From: Octopus sinensis
Taxonomy: Eukaryota
NCBI RefSeq assembly: GCF_006345805.1
Contig: NC_043011.1
Coordinates: 42,854,464 to 42,918,463 of the forward strand
Reading direction: 5' to 3'
Length of the DNA stretch: 64,000 nucleotides
Part shown: piece after piece, positions 55,125-64,000 of the stretch
How positions within the stretch are numbered: the stretch's first letter is position 1
Layout of the letters: each line of letters opens with the position of its first letter
Translations under genes and position numbers: made by a program
The notes under the pieces: model-generated
Told to the model about the DNA's origin: nothing
What the model saw: only the letters and a program-made list of their open reading frames with translations
The model's database searches: none

Positions 55125-56066
55125 AAGAAGAAGAAGAAGAAGAAGAAGAAGAAGAAACAATCATGATCACTAACATGTTCTTGATGATGGTGTTGGTGTT
55201 GGTGGTGATAAATAATTCTGTCTTATACAGTTTAGTTGGTTATGTTCAAATCAAGTCGTAGAACAATAACATTATGATAATGATGATGATGGTGATAGAT
55301 TTTTTTTGTACTTGAAACAGAGATGGTATTGTTATTGTTGTGGCTGCAAAGTCTTTGATCGTATGCTTGTTCATTCAATGATCGCCTGAAGCTACGCAAC
55401 GGCAACAATAACATCAACAAAAAAACAACAATAATTCTTCCTAATTTAGGCCGGGGACATGTACATTGAGGGGAGGAAGCAAGTAGATCACATCGACCCA
55501 GTGTTTGACTGGTACTTATTTTATCGATCCCCGTAAAGATGAAAGGAAAATTTGACTGGTGGTGCTTAACGAGCCAGAAGATGTGCCGCTAAGCATTTTA
55601 TCTGATGCGGTAACAATTCTGCTTGCACTTCGCTCTAATAATAATTTTTCTATTATTAGCACAAGGCCTGAAATCGTGTGAGGAGGGCTAAATCGATCAC
55701 ATCGATACTATTGCTCAACTGGTACTTATTTTACCGACCCATATTCGTCGGAGAATAAAGCTGCAAGAAATGCCGCTAAACGTTTTGTCCGGCGCGGTGT
55801 GCCACAAAACAACGACAGCCAATAATAGAAAGAAATAACAAAATAAAAACAAAAAAACAATCTTAGCAACGTAGTTGGTTTGATTGATGTTTCCTGAGTC
55901 GAGAGATATTTTAAAATTCATGGAATATAATGAAAACAACGCTGATGTGGACATTTCTTCCAAAACATTCTTCTGTTTTGAAACCTGCAGCTTCTTTACA
56001 CTGTCTAGATATTCTCATTTGTTACTGCCGCTGACGATGTTGCTATTGCTGTTGTTGATGCTGCTG

Positions 56067-56575
56067 TCTTCTTCTTCTTCTTCTTCTTCTTCTTCTTCCA
56101 ATCAGGACTCACGCCATTAGCCACAAAGAATAATCTCTAATTCGAGCCTACTCTAAGCTACTAAGAATGCGTGTGGCAACTTGAAGATCCACCCACTACA
56201 CGCGATAGACTGGCGGTTGCACGGGCGCGAAAGCTACGTTGTTATCCTCATTCCGTAAACGGTGGCTTTTAACGGGTGGAGAGCTGAACCATCCTGAGGT
56301 ACAGAGGATTCGCAATCTAGACTAGGGTCTGAAAGTTTAACACACCATAGTGGGTTACACCATGGTTCCTCTGCTTTGTGGAAGAAGTAGGAAGAAAGAG
56401 TGAGAGAAAGTTGTGGTGAAAGAGTACAGCGGGGTTCACCACTCCACTCCTGCCGGAGCCTCGTGGAGCTTAGGTGTTTTTGCTCAATAAACATTCACAA
56501 TGCCCGGTCTGGGAATCGAAACCGAGTTCTTACGACCGTGAGTCCGCTGCCCTAACCACTGGGCCATTGCGTCAC
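56067..56575 (-). mobile_element. SINE family B head with tail type 3 ending in (GAA)n
   Basis: Head matches 11348 copy up to ctctttcttcct, then an unrelated ~300-bp tail. Confidence 0.8.
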
Positions 56576-56746
56576 CACTGATACTGCTGTTCCTGTTGCT
56601 GGTATGTTAAAGTAGTGGTGGTGGTGGTGGTGATGGTACTTGTAGTAGTAGTATTAGTAGTTGTAAAGATAGGATATGATTTGAAAAAGATTTGGCAGGC
56701 AATTCTCTCTGTCTCTCTTCCTAATTCTCCTCATTCTTTTTCTCGC

Positions 56747-56794
<48 letters not shown>

Positions 56795-57066
56795 CCTCTC
56801 TCTCTTTCTCTCTCTTCCTCTCTCCCTCTCTCTCTCTCTTTCTATTTCTCTCTCTCTCTCCCATCTGAAGATGAGATCCATGATCCATGATCGATCTCAT
56901 CGAATATATTTTATAAGCTATAATTATAATTTATGATTGTTCATGGGTTTTGATTATTGATCGCCGAAACAATTTTAATGGATACAAATGAGCGAATGGC
57001 AAAACTTGCTTCCTGTTTTTGCCTCATAAATACATACATGCATATGTATGTATGTAGTATGTATGT

Positions 57067-57111
<45 letters not shown>

Positions 57112-57145
57112 CATATATATATACATACACATATATATATATATA

Positions 57146-57181
<36 letters not shown>

Positions 57182-57518
57182 GTGAAGGCGCATGGCGCAG
57201 TGGTTAGAGCGACGAGCTTACGATCGTGAGGTTGTGAGTTCGAATCCCGAACCGGGCTGCGTGTTGTGTTCTTGAGCAAGACACTATATTTCACGTTGCT
57301 CCAGTTCACTCAGCTGTAGAAATGAGTTGCGGCGTCACAGGTGCCAATCTGTATTGGCCTTAGCTTTTCCCTTAAATAATCGTCGGTGGCATGGAGAAGG
57401 CATGCCGTTATGCATGAGCGACTTCTGGTCTTCCATGAACAACCTTGCTCGGACTTGTGCTTGGGAGGGCAAAATGCTAGGTGCAATCCCATGGTCAGTC
57501 ATGACTGAAGTGGGTCTC
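57182..57518 (+). mobile_element. tRNA-derived SINE family D
   Basis: A/B-box head, gttcttgagcaagacact central motif; tail remnant also at ~10505-10560. Confidence 0.8.
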
Positions 57519-57596
57519 AGCATATATATATGTACTTAGACACGCACACGCTTACACACACACATGCAAACATACACTCACATACATGCATATATA

Positions 57597-58884
57597 TTAG
57601 GTTGGCAACTAAGTTCTGGCCGTTTTTTAAATTTAAATTTTTTTAAAGTTTTAATAAAAAAATAACTAATTAATCAATGATATATTCACCCTTGTTGTTT
57701 ACAACTTCTTCCCAACTTTCAACAAGATTTTCAATACCTCGTTGGTAGAAATCACCCTATTTCGCCTCGAAAAATTGATCCAACCAAACTCTCAATTCTG
57801 CATCAGTATTGAACGAAACTCCACGCATAGCATTTGAAAGAGATCGGGAGAAGTGCTTATCCGTTGGTGCCAAACCAGGAGAGTACGGCGGGTGTGTCAG
57901 CACTTCCCAGCCATGCGTTTGAATGGCTTTCTTGGTCACATTGGCGATATGAGGGCGGGTGTTGTCGTGCAGCAGAAGAACTCCATGCTGCTGATTATGT
58001 CTTTTCTCTTGAATAGCTATGTTGAGTCGTTCCTATCTGTTGACCGTTTGGTTCCGTTTCAGCAATTCGCAATTCGTAATGGATAATCCCGTCCCAGTCC
58101 CACCATACGCACAACATCGTTTTACGCGGATGAAGATCTTTTTTCATGCGCGGTGTCGCTTGTTTATCGGGGCCAACCCATTCCTTACATGCTTCATATT
58201 CATGCATAGGCACCATTTTCCGTTGCCAGTAACGATTCGGTGAAGAAATCGTTGCTGGTGTCCATGAGTTGAGCGGTGACAAGCAAGGAACGAGCGGTGA
58301 TTGTGGATCGTTAGTTTTTGTTGTTGTCACTTAAAGCATGTGGAACTCAAGCTCCATACTTCTGAACCTTTCCAATCGAGGGAAGATGCCTCACTATAGC
58401 AGTGTGAGAGCATTCCATTTTCTCTGCCAGTTCCCTTGTCGTTTGACGAGAATTTTCGTGAAAAATCTGGTTTAATCGTTCTTCATCGAACTCAACTGGA
58501 CGGCCAGAACGAGGTGCGTCTTTGAGGCCAAATTTTTCATTTTTGAACTTTGCATACCAATCACGAGCGGTTCTTTCAGCTATGGCACTCTCTCCATACA
58601 CAGCACAAATGTTGTGAGCAGCTTTTGCGACCTTAGAACCTTGATTAAAAGCAAAAAGTAAGGAGATGTCGAAAATGCTCGTTTTTCTTAACTTGACATT
58701 CCATTTTAATGCTCTGAAGATATACAAAAATTAGCTAAAATTAACTAGAAAGAAAAACAAAATAGATGCCAAAATGATTCAAAAATAGAATTCTCGAAAA
58801 AAAAAAAAAAAGATTCCAAAATTTAAAAACGCAATAAATCCCAGAATTAAAGACAAAACGGCGGGAACTGAGTTGCCAACCGAA
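57597..58884 (-). mobile_element. Full-length mariner (DD34D) element, 1288 bp
   Basis: TIRs TTAGGTTGGCAACT / AGTTGCCAACCGAA with TA TSD; transposase remnant inside. Confidence 0.95.
57670..58704 (-). pseudogene. Mariner transposase pseudogene (~345 codons)
   Basis: MECQVKKNEHFRH start, HTH, (W)VPH, HP.KTMLCVWWD, HPPYSPGLAPTD, GEYIID stop; frameshifts. Confidence 0.93.
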
Positions 58885-58945
58885 TATATATATATATTTT
58901 TACATATGTACTTACATACCTATACATATAATGTATATGTATATG

Positions 58946-59230
58946 TACGAGGTTTTATACCGTAAATAATGCGAAAGTAGGCATAACTTATTTAATGATG
59001 TCATGCTAATTGCAATGTTGTTAGAGAAAGTATCTATACAAATGTTTTACAAAAAATGCATTTGCACCTTCCTTGAAGCTACCTCTTGAATTCTCTTTGA
59101 AGAAATTCAGCTGGGTACTGTTGTACATAGTTCTTCACAGCCACTTTCACCTCGACTGCCTCAACAAATCCTTCTTCTCGAAGACTGTCCCTCATTGGGC
59201 CAAGCAGATGGAAATCAGATGGTGTCATTT
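58946..59230 (-). mobile_element. Second mariner-family 3' fragment
   Basis: PSDFHLLGPMRDSLR...VK.AV..Y C-terminal motif; TA-CGAG terminus. Confidence 0.7.
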
Positions 59231-60356
59231 TATCAGATGTACTAGCGTTTCTCTCAGCCTACGACCTGATTTAGGTACAAGGCCTACAATTTTCAGTGTA
59301 AGGACCTGTAATTTTCAGGGTAGGGAGTTAGTTAATAACATTGGCCCCAGTGCTTGAATGAAACTTTATTTTATTAACCCCAAAAGGTTGAAAGGTAAAG
59401 TTGAACTCGGCGTGAATTGAACTCAGAATGAAAACTTCGATAAGAAATACAGCAAAGCATTTTTATCAGAGTTAAAGCATACACTGACAAGATTAGAACT
59501 CAAACCGTAAGGGCTCCGTATTAATCACGGCAATCGTTTTAATCGCCACTCCGGCAATTTTACAGCATCTACACATTGAATACCTCCCAACCATGTTGAT
59601 ATCAATGACACTATAAACAATGATTTCTTTCTATATTTGCTCAACATGTTGATTCTATTGATTTCCTTTCGAATAACACAAAATTAATATTGATTTATTC
59701 GTTCATGACTCCAGGCAGAGCTTTATAGAGGACGAACTCGAAAGTTTTAAAGTAAATAAAATAAACTGAATTCGCAGTAAACGAAAGCCTAATGGCTGCA
59801 AATTATTGCTGGAAAATTAAGGGAAGTAATTTGATACCCTAAAAGTAGAACATGGGGAGCAATTACTGAAAAATTTAGAAAAGCCAATATGTTATCGGTG
59901 AAACGTTATAAATAGAAAAGAAAATTCGTGTAAATGCTCTTGTGTTAGCTGTATTCATGATTACCATTGTCTTTACAAGTAAGGTGATCCTACATTACAA
60001 AATGCTTTCTGTATGCTAATTTTTGAATTACATTAACAAATCCACCTGATATATCACGGCTTATTCTTTTGATACGTCTTGCTGATTAACGCATATTCTA
60101 TCCATATATATCTTTTATCTTTTGCTTGTTTCATTCATTTGACTGCAGCCTTGATGGGGCACCACTTTGGAGAAGAATTTTAATTGAATGAACCGACACC
60201 TGTGCTTTTTAAAGCCTGGTACTTATTCAATAGGTGTCTTTTTTTGCCGAACTACTAGGTTGCGGGGACGAAAACACACCAACACCGATTGTTAAGCGGT
60301 GGTGGGGACAAGCACATACACAAAGTCACACACACACATATTTATGTGTGTGTGTT

Positions 60357-60423
<67 letters not shown>

Positions 60424-60551
60424 GTATCTGAGAGACACCACCATGCCGAAATAGCAGTCAAAACCCCGACTCCCAAAACCACCTTAAATGTTCATATTGT
60501 GCCATGAGATAAGACAGAGAGACAAAATAAACTAGCAAAAAAGATTTTACT

Positions 60552-60600
<49 letters not shown>

Positions 60601-60751
60601 ATATATATATTTACTGCCATTTCAACCGCGGGTCATTCGAACACACAAGACAGCTAAAAAAACAACCACGTGGATCCTGTTGAGACCAGTAAGAAACAAT
60701 TATGAACTTTTTTATTACACTGAACTTTTAAAAATATTTTTGATAAGGTTC

Positions 60752-60790
<39 letters not shown>

Positions 60791-61142
60791 ACGGCTTCTT
60801 TCAGTTTCCGGCTACCAAATCCACTCACAAGGCTTTGGTCGGCCCAAGGCTCACGAAGTGGGACTGAACACGGAACCAAGCTTCTTACCACAGAGCTTTT
60901 GTTTTTACAAGCGTAAAATAATCTTTTCAGATTTTTCCACAAGAGCAACAAGTGCAATGGACGTGTTAAGTCGATTACATCGACACCAGTTTTCAACTGG
61001 TACTCATTTTACCAAACTCAAAAATGATGAAAGACAAGTCAACCTCGGTAGAATTTGGACTCCGAACGTAAAGAAGCACGAAATACCGCTATGCACTTTT
61101 CTCGGTCTGCAAACGATTTTTCGCCACCTTAAACATACGTAA

Positions 61143-61194
<52 letters not shown>

Positions 61195-61413
61195 TAATAA
61201 TAAAAACAGAAAAAGAAATTGCTAAGATATCAAAAATAAAATTAAGATTTTTTATATTGCAAAATGTTAACTGAAAATAATCTAATAAATAATTTCGAAC
61301 TCATTCCTAGATAATTCATATACGGTAAATTCCTTCGGTGAGAGCGTCCATTAAAGGTAATCTCAGGCATCGACATCTAAATATTTCGATTCTGATCAAG
61401 TTTGTGGTATGTG

Positions 61414-61450
<37 letters not shown>

Positions 61451-63081
61451 AGGTTCTTGGCTTTGGGTAAAAGAAAATACAGAAGGATCAGTTAAGTATG
61501 ATATTATTCAACATATTCCCCTCTCAGATCCACACACTTAATACAGCAGTCCTTCAGTTCTACTAAGCCTTGTAAAAGAACTCGGAGGGTTGGGCCTTTC
61601 GCGATATCTTTAAAGCCAGGAACTCTTCAGCACCTTAAAATTGCTGACCTTATACTTAGATTAGAAATGATTTTAAGTGGGGAGTTTGCTTCCGTATATA
61701 CTTGTCCACATGCCTATTCGCTGTTAGCTGTGAGTTTGTGTATGATGTTACGTAGTTCAGTTACTAATCTGTCTGTGGCTTTAGCGTAAATCTGCATGTT
61801 GTTGTATGTGTTCGAAAGTTTGTGCATGCGTACGTTGCATTGCATTTCTTTTCCTCCATGAATGAATGGAAAACAATTTTTCTGTGCTGGTAAAAGCAAC
61901 ACGTTTTCAGTTTCAAGGATTCCAGAGCGCAAAAATACACTGCAAGTGGACGTAGACAGAAATATTTATGCTTAAGTTGACATTAGTCGTAATATTATTC
62001 CGGTACACTAGATCTATTTTTCGCAATATTTAATATACACGCAAGCAGATAAATAGATTCTGAACTCTAGTATTATATAGATGGACTGCTACTGACATAT
62101 TTACTTTTTTACACTAATCTAATTGCTCTACTAAGATGTTAGTTGTTTCTTTTTTCACTTCACACCGTCAGCAAAATTGCATCGATGCGTTTGTGATTGA
62201 GACAAACAGAGTCTTATTGAATTATTGTCAGGTAGGTCACTTCAATATATCTCGAGCATTAAATAACGCCTTCGGCTAAACCTTTCCTAAAGTGGCTCCT
62301 GCGAATTGCTGCCAATGTTATTATGGAAGAACAGCATGAAATTTTAATTACTGCATATGACATATCCAGAGGGAACTGAAATCTTGACCAATCTTGTGTG
62401 ACGTCGAAATGGTCAACGATAAATCACAGCCAAAGTCCCTTAAGATTTCTTATCCAATGATTCTACCCCATTAAGCAGAACTGGCAAGTCTATTGTCTGA
62501 GAATATTTTCTTAACCCCTTCCTTTTCATGATGGTTATTAAGATAAATTCTCATTATCTACAGAGAGAGAGACCATTGAAATTAATACTCTTTCATTTCG
62601 TAAATCTTATTCAAAGTCTTGAAAATATATTGATTAAAATATAATCGTTAACTGCGGAAACAACATCCACATTCCTTTAACATCAAATGATATTCCGTAA
62701 CATTATGTTCACCAAGGTGTTATGATGGCCTCTACGTTATCGTCTGACCTGCTACGTAATACCAGCCAAATCTCCCTCAAATTACTCACCAATATCTTAA
62801 AAATTTAGGACATGTGTCATGTATGACCAGTAATTCCTGGTTCAGAGAAACAAATTTCTAGTCACAGTCCAAAACTAGTAAAGCGTCATATAGTGAGTAT
62901 TGTCCTGCATAACCATGGAGGTTATTCGGAACGGTGGAACTGCTGATGATGATACTACCAAACGTAGATCGTATTCATAATTTTTGTGTGTCACAGTTGT
63001 TGCGTTGCTCCTAAAAAGTTTTCCAAAATACCCTATTTTTTTGGCATTTCTAATGAAAACCCAGGTTCAAAATTTCCCCAA

Positions 63082-63124
63082 GACACCTGATGAAGGCTGG
63101 ATGGTATATCAGCTGAAACGTGTT
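63082..63124 (+). ncRNA. Hammerhead-like motif, canonical core, damaged helix III
   Basis: GACAC-CUGAUGA-A-GGCUG gaugguauau CAGCU-GAAA-C-GUGUU; helix I GACAC/GUGUU forms but the NUH site is missing. Confidence 0.5.
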
Positions 63125-63251
63125 AACAACAAACAAGATGAGGACAAATATCCCTCAAATGTAAATAATGTAAATAATGTAAATAATCTACATTTATCTA
63201 TCTATATCTATACACGCACACACACACACATACACACAAGCACACACATAT

Positions 63252-63298
<47 letters not shown>

Positions 63299-64000
63299 TA
63301 GATAGATAGATATTACATGCTTACACAAACATGACAACCATGCTTATATTCATACATTCACTAACACACAAACGCATTTACTACTGTGTGCACATGTGCA
63401 TGTGTGAGTTAGTGAGTGTGTCTGTGCGTGCGTGTTGCTGCTCCCGGGGAATCATATCTTGTTGCCAAGGTATGATTGTACTGGTGTATGACTTACACAC
63501 TCATTCAATGTCTGTCTCATATCGGTCCCGATGTGGTTCCAGTGACAGAGCTCTAACTGCTATTTCTAGCGTTTCGAAAGACCATGTTGAAGCAGCATGG
63601 TTGTCTCCCGTAACTCTATGCTAGTAAACTGTAAATAGATATCGTGTAAAGTACACTTGTCTGTTATAAATAGGCACGCCGTATTATATTTCCATTTAGC
63701 GTCTATGATGGGTAAATATCGATATCTACAACGTTAGCTTCGCGTGTTGAAATCAGTTGCAAGTAGGATGGATTTTCATGATGTTCGCTTACATTATGCG
63801 CAGACATGGCTGTAAGGTTAAGAAGCTTGCTTTGCAGCTACGTGGTTACTGGTTCAGTCCTGCTGCGTGGCACCTTGAGCAAGTTTTTATTCTACTGTAA
63901 ACCAGATCCATTGGTACCTTGTGAATTTGGTAAACGTAAACTGTGTGGACGTCTGTCGTGCAATATCAACAAAGAAACATGCACTGACATACTAGCCTCA

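Noticed and set aside
56865-56910. CUGAAGA plus gatgagatc/gatctcatc hairpin
   Set aside because: GAAA incomplete and helix I absent; at best a truncated remnant
60420-60470. ctgagaga...atgccGAAAtagcagtc hammerhead
   Set aside because: Needs two assumed mutations and helix I pairs poorly
61714-61932. 72-aa ORF as exon or transposase
   Set aside because: No recognisable motif; length within chance expectation

Overview
AT-rich (microsatellite- and SINE-dense) animal non-coding DNA; the SINE families and the (TA)/(CA)/(ATAC)/(TCTA) tracts point to an octopus/coleoid cephalopod genome (inference). I found no host protein-coding exon, tRNA/rRNA gene or CRISPR array; long ORFs are low-complexity artefacts or transposon remnants. 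Recognisable elements: two near-full-length Tc1/mariner elements with TIRs and TA TSDs (29600-31079, 57597-58884), a Chapaev3-like CACTG element with a TTA TSD (17716-18938), a rearranged Gypsy remnant (4930-7166), Tx1/L1-, R4-, CR1- and RTE/L2-like LINE fragments, Helitron remnants and over 30 tRNA-derived SINEs in four families. The most interesting signal is about ten minimal type I hammerhead-ribozyme-like motifs. They sit in short, mutually unrelated, non-coding elements next to microsatellites and have palindromic helix III. The core 3-8 pair covaries (C-G, U-A, A-U). Several lie in long inverted repeats or back-to-back pairs; the best is 41274-41315, inside a perfect 202-bp inverted repeat. 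This fits non-autonomous Penelope-like pLTR/retrozyme-like elements, with no Penelope ORF in the window. All folds were derived by eye and are untested.
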